DNA of 63,910 bases, filler included, from Octopus bimaculoides (GCF_001194135.2; 8 parts of 8 records of this genome joined end to end with filler, not necessarily neighbours in it), one strand, 5' to 3'. Positions 50,352 through 62,754 are shown, counted from the first letter of the whole stretch. Notes: generated by a model not told the origin, from the letters alone. Numbers and translations are program-made.

Positions 50352-50693
50352 TAATAGCAACAGATGCTATGAAAAAACCGTTGAATAAAAAGGAAGTTAC
50401 TCTAATAGGCAGAAAAAGAAAAAAGAAAAAAGATAAAAAATACACGCAACCATATTCTCACAATACGTAGACATAAACCTCCTGCGTTCGTAACGTCTAC
50501 AAACGTACACATTCACACAAACATGTATACGTACATGCACATACGCACACAAACATATATGTGTATGAACGCAGGAGGTTTATATCTATATATTGTAAGA
50601 ATATGGTTACGTGTATTTTTTCTTTTTTCTTTTTCTTCCTATTAGAGTAACTTCTCTCTTATTCAACGGTTTTTCATAGCGTCTGTTGCCTTT

Positions 50694-50753
50694 AATAGCC
50701 GACGAGAATGATCGTAGCTCTTCGCTCCGACATTTGAAACTCCGAGTACTATT
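50694..50753 (+). ncRNA. Hammerhead ribozyme motif (right arm, U4>C)
   Basis: AAUAG CCGACGA GAAUG-20nt-CAUUU GAAA C UCCGA GUA CUAUU: helix I 5 bp perfect, helix II 5 bp. Confidence 0.6.
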
Positions 50754-50843
50754 ATGATAACTTACTGTTTGTCCTAAATTATAGCATATATAAATAATCC
50801 TCCGTTTATCTAATATCGAGGTCTCATTCTTTTGTTGTAATCA

Positions 50844-50892
<49 letters not shown>

Positions 50893-51624
50893 NNNNNNNN
50901 NNNNNNNNNNNNNNNNNNNNNNNNNNNNNNNNNNNNNNNNNNNNNNNNNNNNNNNNNNNNNNNNNNNNNNNNNNNNNNNNNNNNNNNNNNNNNNNNNNNN
51001 NNNNNNNNNNNNNNNNNNNNNNNNNNNNNNNNNNNNNNNNNNNNNNNNNNNNNNNNNNNNNNNNNNNNNNNNNNNNNNNNNNNNNNNNNNNNNNNNNNNN
51101 NNNNNNNNNNNNNNNNNNNNNNNNNNNNNNNNNNNNNNNNNNNNNNNNNNNNNNNNNNNNNNNNNNNNNNNNNNNNNNNNNNNNNNNNNNNNNNNNNNNN
51201 NNNNNNNNNNNNNNNNNNNNNNNNNNNNNNNNNNNNNNNNNNNNNNNNNNNNNNNNNNNNNNNNNNNNNNNNNNNNNNNNNNNNNNNNNNNNNNNNNNNN
51301 NNNNNNNNNNNNNNNNNNNNNNNNNNNNNNNNNNNNNNNNNNNNNNNNNNNNNNNNNNNNNNNNNNNNNNNNNNNNNNNNNNNNNNNNNNNNNNNNNNNN
51401 NNNNNNNNNNNNNNNNNNNNNNNNNNNNNNNNNNNNNNNNNNNNNNNNNNNNNNNNNNNNNNNNNNNNNNNNNNNNNNNNNNNNNNNNNNNNNNNNNNNN
51501 NNNNNNNNNNNNNNNNNNNNNNNNNNNNNNNNNNNNNNNNNNNNNNNNNNNNNNNNNNNNNNNNNNNNNNNNNNNNNNNNNNNNNNNNNNNNNNNNNNNN
51601 NNNNNNNNNNNNNNNNNNNNNNNN

Positions 51625-51873
51625 TCGTTACATATCCCAATGCCCCAACAATCACGGGTATGAATCTGAACTTGTAGTCTGGGTGGAGTATCTGCAAATT
51701 TCTCAGTAGCTCGGCGTAGTTGTTCTCTTTTTCTCTAATCTTTAGCGTGATGTTAACATCCGCAAGACAGCTGATTTCTACTACTGTACACAGTTTCTCT
51801 TCTCTGTCCCAGATTACTATATCCGGTCTATTATGTCTGCACTTTATTGAGGTTTTTATTGGGACATTCCACC
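51625..51873 (-). mobile_element. RLE LINE endonuclease-domain fragment (distinct family)
   Basis: WNVPIKTSIKCRHNRPDIVIWDREEKLCTVVEISC..KENNYAEL..FIPVIVGALG: PD-(D/E)xK restriction-like endonuclease, uninterrupted; 3' side in a gap. Confidence 0.9.
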
Positions 51874-53260
51874 AATGTATGTATGTATGTATGTATGTAT
51901 GTATGTATGTATGTATGTATGTCATTATTCAGCTTTATTTCAAGATTGCTTGCCAATAGAGAAAGAGCAGGTTTCTAACCTAGATCCAAGACTCCTTCAT
52001 TTTTGTATGTATATGTGCAAATTTGTATGCTTTGTCTTATGTATGTATTCTTATGCATATGTATGTATGTATGTATGTATGTGCGACCTTAAAAGCCGCT
52101 CCATCGGGCAGCTTTTAAGCTAGCTCCTGTGAAGGGCTCTTCAATAGGCCTTGGGCCCAACAATGACACTTCATGCATTGAGTACATATTAAATTTTATT
52201 AAACTTGAACAATATTTTTCAAGCAATGCACAGCTTTCATCAAAACAATGATATAATTTGTCGACTTGTAACTTATTGCAAAGCTGCATGATAAACAACA
52301 GTACCACCGCCATCGCCACAACATCTGCCAGAAACACACACCATTCAGACTTCTGACGCCACAACCATCAATACCTTTGATTTCATCGCCTTCTCGTCCA
52401 CCACCATCACCACTGTCTTTCACATCACTTACTCTCACCGTCATCCCTAACCGCCTCGGCTACCACCACTACCATCATCACTGCTGTCTCTGCCTCTATC
52501 ACAGGTACAGCACATACTATTACTATCACTCCATAACCATCACCAAAAAGCTAAATGTGCGCGTAAAAGAATTATGTTCAGTATGTTAGTTCAGTGTTCA
52601 CTCCCTCCTTCTCTCACATACCCACTCTTTCTCTCTTATTATTATTCCACTGTCATCATCAGCACTACTACTTTTAATAAAAACATCATCAACTCTCCCT
52701 AAATTTCTCGGTCTCTCTTTCTCTTCCTCTCATTCTCTCTCTCTCTCTCTCTCTCTGTGTCATCGCCACCGCCCCCACCGTCTCTATACTTACTGTTACT
52801 CTCAGCCCAGCATGAGCAATAGTAGGCGTGTCATTTAATAGTGAGAGACACACAGATATTAGTTTTCGCATTTATTGTATTAGATGTATGTATGTATGTA
52901 TGTATGTATGTATTATAACGGTTTTCTGTCTCTATTTCAATCTACTATTTTGATAGCATAAAATCATTTCTTTCCGTCTTGCCTGCCATTCTCAGTTGTT
53001 TCAACCATCACACAGACATCTAAAATGCTTGGTTTTTACCAGTGAAAGTCGTGAAAATTCTACGGGTTTCACTAATAATGATATTCTACTTGGTTGGTGG
53101 AAATAGTTTAGGACAGCTGCCGTGTTGATGATACCTATTGAAGCAAAAACATGTGTCCAAGATTGTCCTCTTATTTGTCCTTTTTTTAACGGCATTTTAT
53201 TTATAATTCAATTGTATAGAATTTTTTATTCTTGAGATGATTTCCCCTTCTTATATGGAG

Positions 53261-53824
53261 TGTTCGCAATTGCCATTTGGTAACTATGACATATAGTCAA
53301 GAGGTGGAGATAATTATAATAAATCAAGAATTTTTGTTGTATGATATTTGTTATACCTGCATTTGTATATGTTCTTTCAAATACATACCAACGGTTACTC
53401 TTATTTCTCTTAGTTCATATTATTTTAAGTTGTGCAAATTACCTAGCCATAAATGTTTCTTCCACCACCCTCATTTTCTTTTTGTGAGTCTAAGTCCCTT
53501 GGCTACTGAAGATAAAATTGGACAATTGTCGTGCTGGATATACCTTTTGACGCAGAAACAGTATCGGTGGTTGTCTTCTGATCTGCAGACTATAAGCCTG
53601 TCCTTTTCCTTAACGGAGAATTCTTGATTCTTTCAATTATCACTCCTTCTCACATGACATTGTTCTCAATTGTCATTTGGTAATGGTAAAACATCCTGTA
53701 GGGACGGCAGGAATAATTTTAATAAATCAAAAATTTATGTTGTATGGTATTTGATATACCTGTATTTATCTATGTTGTTCATATACGTGACACTAATCAC
53801 TAAGAGTTATTTCTCTTCGCTCAT
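53261..53824. repeat. Diverged ~160-bp direct duplication with 400-bp period (53261-53418, 53661-53824)
   Basis: tgttc(g/t)caattg(c/t)catttggtaa..taataaatcaa..ttatttctctt in both. Confidence 0.75.
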
Positions 53825-54710
53825 TTCTATATATATGCATGTGTGTATTTATCTGTGGGTTTGTCTGCCAACCTACATTGATTCCTATACATAAACATAA
53901 CGCAAATATTCATACGTATGAATACACAAACATACATGTATTCATATATATCTAATATATTATGCCATACGCATATGCATGATGCCAGTATACAGAGCTA
54001 TTAAGTCTCAACAGAATAAAATTCTCGGCTGTCTGTTTTCAATTTTCTCAGTCTTATTTAGAGAAGTGAATATTTAATCACTAACATCTAGTGTTGATAG
54101 TTGGCACGTTTTGTTTAAATCTTTTCTTTTTCTCTTCCTTCTTTTGTTTTATATTATACATCCTTCTCTGTAATGTAGTTAGCTATCAATTCCGACGTCA
54201 TTACCAACATCAATACCGCCACCAACGCTGTTGCTGCTTTTAACACCACCACCATCACCACGATTATCACACATCACCACGACTATCAAAATATCAAACT
54301 GTGAACGCCATTATTTAACAAGCTAACGAAGGAGAAAGCGGGGAGGGTAGTTTCTACACGGTTGTTCCACTTGCTAAATATAGTAACCAAAAATCTCTCG
54401 AATCACATCTTAACGTCTTAATGAAAAGAAAGGACTTATAAATGAATAAAGTAGTCCAAGATATTACAAAAAAATGTAATCGACGCTTTAGATTATGAGT
54501 TACAGACAAAGCCTGATTTAGGGTAAAAACAACAAAAATGGATCGAGTCAACACGAGTATCTCATGTGGTTATTTAGCCTGTCAACAATAACAGCTACAT
54601 ATTCCTACCATTTTAGAAAAAGGAAGGTTACACCGAATAATATAGTCACAGGTATGCGTGCGCGCGCGTGTGTGCGTGTGCTGTGTGCTAAATAAATACA
54701 TACGTAATAG

Positions 54711-54792
54711 TTTGCGCTACGATCGTTTTGACGCCTAGTCGTTTTCAAAATGCGCCCGAAATGACCAAGAGGCGAAACGATAGTAGTGCAAA
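54711..54792. repeat. Small imperfect inverted repeat (~24-bp arms)
   Basis: tttgcgctacgatcgttttgacgcct ... aggcgaaacgatagtagtgcaaa. Confidence 0.65.
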
Positions 54793-54918
54793 TGTTTACA
54801 TTTCTTTAAATATGAAACTCTACGCTCATATTTCGTATTGAATACTACATATGAAAGTAATCAACTTCGATTGAACCAATCTCTGTGAAGTGACAATACA
54901 CACACATACACACGCACG

Positions 54919-55030
<112 letters not shown>

Positions 55031-55549
55031 GACATATATATATAATATATGTATACACACATACATATACATATATGTATACATAAATGTACATACACAC
55101 ACACATAACCAGAACTACATTAACCAAGAGGATTTGGGAGTGTTGAAATGCCTATGTATGGTCGTTCGACATGCTAGAAATAACAACCAATTCGCCCTCA
55201 GATTACCTCTCTACTGTCATTAAGAGGGAAGAACAAATTCTATAGCATAGGAGTGCTAGCTTTTGTATGTGCCTTACATTATTAAATTACTGTATAACCT
55301 TCAAGAAATATTTTTTGATTATCTAAACGAAAATTCTCCTTGTAAGATGAAAGGAATGTTAAAGTTTCATCTGCATATCAGATATCTGCAATGTGTGGAT
55401 GACAATAAAACCACAGTGGAGATGCACCATCCTGCTGGTCGATCTCGGTAACACATCATAACTAAAAGTACGAGTTTTACATTTTGTATAGCAATTCTCT
55501 TGACCAAAATATAAACGACTATACAGTTGATCCGAAAGATGATAATATT

Positions 55550-55754
55550 GGTTTCAAATTTTAGCACAAGGCCAGCAATTTCCGTAAGTCTATTACATAG
55601 GCTCCAGTCTTCAACTGGTACTTATTTTATCGATTCTGAATGGATGAAAGGCAAAGTCGACATCGACGAAATTTGAACACAGAACGTCAAGACGGACGAA
55701 ATGCCGCTAAGCATTTTGCCCGGCGTGCGAACGATTCTGCCAGCTCGCCGCCTT
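55550..55754 (-). mobile_element. SINE family B, full-length
   Basis: Minus head aaggcggcgagctggcagaatcg (A box TGGCAGAATCG) and B-box-like gtgttcaaatttc. Confidence 0.9.
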
Positions 55755-56094
55755 ATGAACAAAGATAATATTGAAATACGGTACTCGTATATTGTAATTT
55801 ACGATAAATTTGTGGTCTTATCCTTTATTCTAGTTTACTATCACAGTTTTGTATGTTTCATGCAAAAAAAAATAATCTTACATTTCTCTTATAAAAACCA
55901 CTTTAAAATACTTTTTCAATTAGTGCAATACACTGCTTCTGCTTGCTGCTACTTGCTTCATGCTCTTGCTTGATGGGACTGGGGACAATCCAAGTTAGTG
56001 GACCCAGAGACGTCATCATGTGTAGAGCCGAGCAGATCCACCAGTGCTTTCCATTGTTGGCAGTCCCCTGCCAGCCCCTCTGCAACCTTGTAGA

Positions 56095-56155
56095 AAACAC
56101 TTTCCCAAAGTGTCACGCAGTGGAATCGAACCCGGAACCATGTGGTTGGGAAGCA
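56095..56155 (-). mobile_element. SINE family A head fragment
   Basis: gtgtcacgcagtggaatcgaacccggaaccatgtggttgggaagc. Confidence 0.75.
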
Positions 56156-56462
56156 AAATGAAACACTAAATTTTTTGTCTCTTTTTTAACAAAATGTTCT
56201 TGTAAAAGAGCAATGTGTCTTATGAGAGAGGGATAAAATTACTGGCAAATAAGATTTAACTATTAATCCTTCTATCTAGCAAGCTAGCTATTTATCTACA
56301 TAGGTCATCCATCAACCGAAATTTTTTTAGAATATCTCGTGGCTTGCATATTCCTTTCGCGGAGAAGCTAATCCATCGTTAGATACTTTGGCCCAGCATA
56401 ATACTATGGAATTTCTTTAACAAGGCACATGAGTGCTTTTAAACTCACCTAACAACCTAACC

Positions 56463-56513
<51 letters not shown>

Positions 56514-57130
56514 AGTCTGTCTGCCTGTCTGTCTTTCTGTCTGTCTGTTTGTTTCGGAAGCATCGCCCGCAAGTCTGCAGAATACCTATATGTTATATAC
56601 ATTAAACGTTTCAATCGATAAAATAGAGGAGGACGGTAGAGAAGCCCAACACAAAAGATCGTCTATCTGGAGACTGTAAAGTAGGCAGTTCAATACGAAT
56701 GAAAGTCGATTTTTGTCTTTCATCATACTGGGGGCGGGAGTAATAAAATACGTACTAGAAATACTCCGATGCCGATCTAACTGATAAAAATTTTCCCGCC
56801 AACACGTTTTAACCTCCTTTTTTCTAATTAATTAGTTGGAAGTGTAGATGACGGGCTGACGGAAGAACGGCCATGACATTTTTGTAAGCTCCCATTCTCA
56901 ATGCAGTTGATGATCTGTTTGAACATCTGTTGATCGATGCTTGTAAGATAAAATACAAAACAACGCCGTTGGCAAAATGAGAGGTGGGAAGGATACAATG
57001 TGGTCGACTGATCTGGTAGAAGTAGCAACCAAATCTCCATAATATCGGACTCCATGCTTAAAAGTAAAACGGACGGATTCATTACACAATGTAGTGCTAA
57101 ATAGATAGATAGATAGATAGAGAGATAGAG

Positions 57131-57181
<51 letters not shown>

Positions 57182-57309
57182 ACACACACACATACATATA
57201 TACATAGATACATCCATACTTGTATATTTTAGGATTATCACCCGCAAGTCACAAGTTAGTACATATCTTTTATCGTTTATATTTTCACTTCTTTTAGTCA
57301 CTAGCCCAC

Positions 57310-57510
57310 TGCTATGCTGGAGCACCATAATGAAAGGTTTGTCATGCTGGTACACCGCATTCGAAAGGTTTTAGTCGAACAAATCAGGTCCAGTACTTTT
57401 TTCTAGGAAAGGTCTGGTATTTATTTTGTCGGTGTATTTTGCCGATCCGCTAGGTTACAGGGACGTAAACAAACCAGCACGGGTTGTCAAGCTGTGAGGG
57501 ACAAACACTG
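57310..57510 (-). mobile_element. SINE family A 3' half
   Basis: atgctggagcacc..ttttagtcgaacaaatc..ccgctaggttacagggacgtaaac..ggttgtcaagc. Confidence 0.7.
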
Positions 57511-57578
57511 ACACAAAGATACACACACACACATGTGTGTGTGTATCCTTTTGTTAGTGTCTGTTCCTTATATATATT

Positions 57579-57615
<37 letters not shown>

Positions 57616-59412
57616 GTATATATATATATATATATATANNNNNNNNNNNNNNNNNNNNNNNNNNNNNNNNNNNNNNNNNNNNNNNNNNNNNNNNNNNNNN
57701 NNNNNNNNNNNNNNNNNNNNNNNNNNNNNNNNNNNNNNNNNNNNNNNNNNNNNNNNNNNNNNNNNNNNNNNNNNNNNNNNNNNNNNNNNNNNNNNNNNNN
57801 NNNNNNNNNNNNNNNNNNNNNNNNNNNNNNNNNNNNNNNNNNNNNNNNNNNNNNNNNNNNNNNNNNNNNNNNNNNNNNNNNNNNNNNNNNNNNNNNNNNN
57901 NNNNNNNNNNNNNNNNNNNNNNNNNNNNNNNNNNNNNNNNNNNNNNNNNNNNNNNNNNNNNNNNNNNNNNNNNNNNNNNNNNNNNNNNNNNNNNNNNNNN
58001 NNNNNNNNNNNNNNNNNNNNNNNNNNNNNNNNNNNNNNNNNNNNNNNNNNNNNNNNNNNNNNNNNNNNNNNNNNNNNNNNNNNNNNNNNNNNNNNNNNNN
58101 NNNNNNNNNNNNNNNNNNNNNNNNNNNNNNNNNNNNNNNNNNNNNNNNNNNNNNNNNNNNNNNNNNNNNNNNNNNNNNNNNNNNNNNNNNNNNNNNNNNN
58201 NNNNNNNNNNNNNNNNNNNNNNNNNNNNNNNNNNNNNNNNNNNNNNNNNNNNNNNNNNNNNNNNNNNNNNNNNNNNNNNNNNNNNNNNNNNNNNNNNNNN
58301 NNNNNNNNNNNNNNNNNNNNNNNNNNNNNNNNNNNNNNNNNNNNNNNNNNNNNNNNNNNNNNNNNNNNNNNNNNNNNNNNNNNNNNNNNNNNNNNNNNNN
58401 NNNNNNNNNNNNNNNNNNNNNNNNNNNNNNNNNNNNNNNNNNNNNNNNNNNNNNNNNNNNNNNNNNNNNNNNNNNNNNNNNNNNNNNNNNNNNNNNNNNN
58501 NNNNNNNNNNNNNNNNNNNNNNNNNNNNNNNNNNNNNNNNNNNNNNNNNNNNNNNNNNNNNNTATATATATATACCTATATATATATTAGGTATATATAT
58601 AATTGCGTGTTTATATATATATATATATACATATGTGTGTGTGTGTGTGTGTGTGTGTATGTATATAGATGTGTATATATAAGTATATTGTATGTGTTTA
58701 TATAAGTATATTGTATGTGTTTATATAAGTATATATACATATGTATGTGTGTATAAATAGACAGACAGACAGACACATATATGCATGTATTTTTGTATGT
58801 GTGAGTACGTGTGCATTTGCATAAGTGTACATAGACGGGCGCACGTATATGCATGTGTTTGCATATGTGCACGTTACGCGGATGGGCCTGCGTGTATGTG
58901 TATGAGTGCTCTAGAGCTTAACACATGTTGCTGTCTGTAGAATATTTTGGAAATGAGTCAATAAATAGAATCGTGTTCTTTAAACATTTGTTTTTGTCTT
59001 CTTTCTTAACCTTTTACACAAAAAAAAAATCAGAATTGCTACTGGTTCTGCTTTATAGAAGTTGTTGAAAGAAGCGAAACGACGTCTATGAAGACATCTG
59101 AAAATCGGATACTGGAACAAAAATTGAATTTATTGATTCGGTTGTCTGGATTGTTGGAGATCAATAAAATAGCAGGGTGGATGCTCTAGAAATTTCTGAT
59201 TCGTAAAAATCGCCATTGTTTGCGTAAAATAAAATGAAAATAAAGATAAATCTGTACGTCAGTAGAGCTGCTATATGATTGCGGTTCTGTAGAAATGGTC
59301 TTATATCAAATAAACAGAAACAATGTCGGTCGGAGGATGGATGGATGAATGGACGAATTGATAGATGGATGGAAAGACGAGTGGAATAATGGATCGTGAC
59401 AATCAATAATAA

Positions 59413-59627
59413 TCATTTCTACTAAAGGCACAAGACCTGAAATTTTGGAGGAGGGGACTAGTCAATTACATCGACCCCAGTGTTTCACTGGTACTTAATT
59501 TATCGACCTCGAAAGGATGGAAGACAAAGCTGACCTCGGCGGAATTTGTACTCAGAATGTAGCGACAGATAAAATACCGCTTAGCGTTTCTCTCAGCGTG
59601 ATAACGATTCTGCTAGCTCGCCGTCTT
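59413..59627 (-). mobile_element. SINE family B, full-length
   Basis: Same body; tail variant gacctgaaattttggaggagggg; flanked by AAT/TTA repeats. Confidence 0.85.
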
Positions 59628-59731
59628 ATTATTATTATTATTATCAATATTATTATTGAGTGAGTGAGTGAGTGAGTGAGTGAGTGAGTGAATGAGTGAG
59701 TGGGTGAGTGAGCGAGTGAGTGAGTGAGTGA

Positions 59732-60015
59732 GCCATCAAAGAGACATTGGGGTACAAATGTACGAAGCCCAATCTTCCCATTATGACTACCCGTCTGATA
59801 TGGGCACGTGCATCACAACCATATGTGCGCGACATGGTGATTTCATATCATGATAAATAATAGATAATCTTGCAGGTTAGAATTTTCTTCAGGTCGAGTA
59901 ACCCATTCCGCTCAAAAAGTCCTTGAATAAGTGTTGTTTAAGGATATTGAACGAAATACCAATGTTTCCAGAGGTGAATTATTCAAACCCCAAACAATTC
60001 CTCTCGACACATGGC

Positions 60016-60016
<1 letters not shown>
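59732..60016 (-). mobile_element. 5'-truncated copy of the 46615-47170 element
   Basis: Reverse complement of about 46850-47150; its 5' end abuts the (TTA)n tract at 60017-60081. Confidence 0.75.
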
Positions 60017-60078
<62 letters not shown>

Positions 60079-60081
60079 CAT

Positions 60082-60930
60082 CAATATATGTTTGGCTTTT
60101 GCTTTGTATTTGTACAAGTTGGCTCCAAGTCTTACCCAGAGACCTCAAGAGTTAAAAAATTTGAAGTTCATATATTTGGTTTTGCACATTCTAGAGAATG
60201 TTTAAGAAAATATAAGAAAATTATGAGTTTGTTTTAAAATTTGAGATTACATAGATAGTATTTTACGTAGGATATGGGAAGTTCCCATGAGCACTATCTT
60301 TTGAATTTCTGCCAATTTGAGGTTTCCTGATATCTGAGCTAGGTAACAATCAGCCCTTTTTGCTATCATTCCTAGTGCACCTATGGCAAAAGGTATTGTT
60401 TTATAGTCTTGAAGTTCCACATTTTGCCAATTTCTATTTCAAGATCTTTATACTTGCTCAGTTTTTGGTAGTTCTTGACAGATACATTTATATCAATGAG
60501 GAGGCATGATTTTTGTCTGAAGTCTTTCAATATAACGTCTGGCCTACTGTCAGTTTGAATGGTGAAGTTCCAGAGGAGATGTGATCATTTTCAAGCACTA
60601 GTTTTTTCCCATCAGTTTTTATCATGGGGCAGGTCCAAGTTTATTGTGTTGCTCTGTCATGCCTGTTGAGATACTCTGTAGGCACAAGAAGACTGTACAT
60701 GGAGACAACATGATCAATGGTTTCATTTTGTTGTTAACATACACGACATGCTGGACAGCTTTAATATGTTGGCCTGGTAGTTTCTTGTAGGTAGGCATTG
60801 GTCTTGGGCTGCTATGATAAACCATTCTGTTTCTGATTCTAAGCTAGAAGCCACTAACCATTCATGGGTAAGGGCTTTGTCTATTAGCTCTCTTTGGGTA
60901 TTTGCTATTGAGAAGTTTTTCTTGCCTTTT
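60082..60930 (-). mobile_element. 5'-truncated RLE LINE (R4/Dong-like) between two (TAA)n tracts
   Basis: IDKALTHEWLVASSLESETEWFIIAAQDQCLPTRNYQANILK..LLWNFTIQTD..RPDVILKD..KYKDLEIEIGKMWN..GALG, with frameshifts. Confidence 0.9.
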
Positions 60931-60934
60931 ATTA

Positions 60935-60986
<52 letters not shown>

Positions 60987-60990
<4 letters not shown>

Positions 60991-61272
60991 TAGTTTTATT
61001 TTTATAACGTGCTTTCACTTCACTACCGAGCGCAGCTCTGTGCGCCTTGGGTATGTGCTGTGGTTTGCTGTGGTGCTCTTATGTTTACTGTATTGAAAGT
61101 GTTTTGCGTAGGATGTGTGCAGTACCCAGTAGTACAATTTTCTGTATGTTATATATATTTGTAAGTCCTGCTATTTTTGTTATGTATTTGTCTGAATATT
61201 TTTTTATTATACCTAAGGCACCTACTATGATAGGAATTGTTTCTGTTTTTAGATTCCACATTCGAGTTATCT
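60987..61272 (-). mobile_element. RLE LINE 3' end (same family as 35768-35980)
   Basis: ..TIPIIVGALG..KYSDKYITK..KIVLLGTAHILRKTLSIQ* plus 3' UTR ending in (TAA)n; 5' side in a gap. Confidence 0.85.
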
Positions 61273-62231
61273 NNNNNNNNNNNNNNNNNNNNNNNNNNNN
61301 NNNNNNNNNNNNNNNNTTAATTAATTAANNNNNNNNNNNNNNNNNNNNNNNNNNNNNNNNNNNNNNNNNNNNATATATATATATATAAATACATATAAAA
61401 ACAAATAGTAAATGAGTATATGCATATATACGTACAGGTATGTGCGTACCGACATCCACCTGTATGTATAGGTACATATCTGGGTACAGGACATTGCAAA
61501 CAAAACGTAGACGAGAAAACACACAAGCCACATAGAGAACATTCTACTTCATCAGCTACCCCCGTTTTAACACCGGCGTTTCGAAGAGCTGGGCAGGACG
61601 CATCGTGTATAAATGCTCTCACTCTCCCTCTATCTCTTATTTGTCTGTCTCTCTCTCTTCTCGCTCATTTATATGTGTGAATATACCTGTACGTTGAAAT
61701 GTGTATGGTTGCTTGTGTGTGTGTGTGTGTATGTGTCTGTTTAAGTGAGTAAGTATGTGGACGTGTATGCATGTATGTGTATCTGTATACACAGATACAC
61801 ATACATACACACACATGCACACGCACACATACGCACACACAAACATTAATTGATACTAGCTGGAGCCGTGAAAACTTCACGGAAAGTATAAAAGATGTAA
61901 GCATCTGTAAATTGTGTGCTGGCGACATGTGAAATGTTTCTGTATTGTTACACTTACAGAATATAGTTACACTTACCATATACATTGCCACCGCAGTAAC
62001 TGTATTCAACTGAAAAGACGTCAGTGATTGGTTGAAATTATCGAAATAAGACAATTTTTAACATGAAATAACTTCGAATACAAAATTTTTTATCTGTTCT
62101 ATAACACAAAATATACAAGTATACGAATTTTGAAAGTGTTTCGGTACCAAAATCACTGCATAAAACATAAATGAAAAGTGGTGCCCGTCAATTCAGAAAG
62201 ATCCTAGAAAGAAGTGTAAAACCGATATAAT

Positions 62232-62420
62232 CTCAGGTATTTTTCGATGCTATTATTGTTATTATCATTATTATTGTTGTTGTTGTTGTTCAGGTCACTG
62301 CTTGGAATCGAACTCGGAATCTTGGGGTTAGTAGCCCGCGCTCTTAACCACTATACCATATGCCCACTGGCATATTCCGAATTCGATTCCAAGCAGTGAT
62401 CTGAACAATAATAATAATAT
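62232..62420. mobile_element. Head-to-head inverted pair of SINE D (minus copy about 62232-62366; deleted plus copy about 62369-62420)
   Basis: caggtcactgcttggaatcgaactcggaat ... attccgaattcgattccaagcagtgatctg form an inverted repeat; both heads are followed by AAT/AAC repeats. Confidence 0.8.
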
Positions 62421-62754
62421 ACTACAGCTGGCATTATCAATGAAGGTAGCCACAATTGGCCTAGACACCTATATGAAAAACTCTGAGGACTGGATGCTAA
62501 AACTTGTCTTAAAATATGAAAGCAAGAAAGCATCTTACTCAGTAACAAAACAGGCAAAGGAATATCTAAGTGAATTCCAATTGCAACAAATTCAAGAATT
62601 AGACGAACTAGAAACACCTACAGAAAAAGCTAAGCGCTTGAAAACCCGTGCTAAAATTGCTGCCTTAGCTATTATGACTGAAAAATGGCATGGAAAACCT
62701 CTCAATGGCAAATACCCAAAGAGAGCGAATAATGCAGATATTGACAAAGCCCTT
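62420..62754 (+). mobile_element. 5'-truncated RLE LINE fragment (family of 60082-60930)
   Basis: Uninterrupted MKVATIGLDTYM..EKWHGKPLNGKYPKRANNADIDKAL, continuous in homology with the IDKAL.. region of 60082-60930; ends at a gap. Confidence 0.85.

Larger units (their letters stand above)
50275..50770. mobile_element. Foldback of two ~215-bp inverted Penelope-type terminal repeats, each with a hammerhead motif
   Basis: About 50275-50490 vs 50565-50770 are near reverse complements; the central spacer is (CA)-rich. Confidence 0.8.

Noticed and set aside
61545-61612. Possible hammerhead remnant on the minus strand (gatgcgtcc..cgaaacgccggtgt and a downstream ctgatgaag)
   Set aside because: The core is too decayed and helix II does not pair; it may be an old PLE repeat but cannot be supported.
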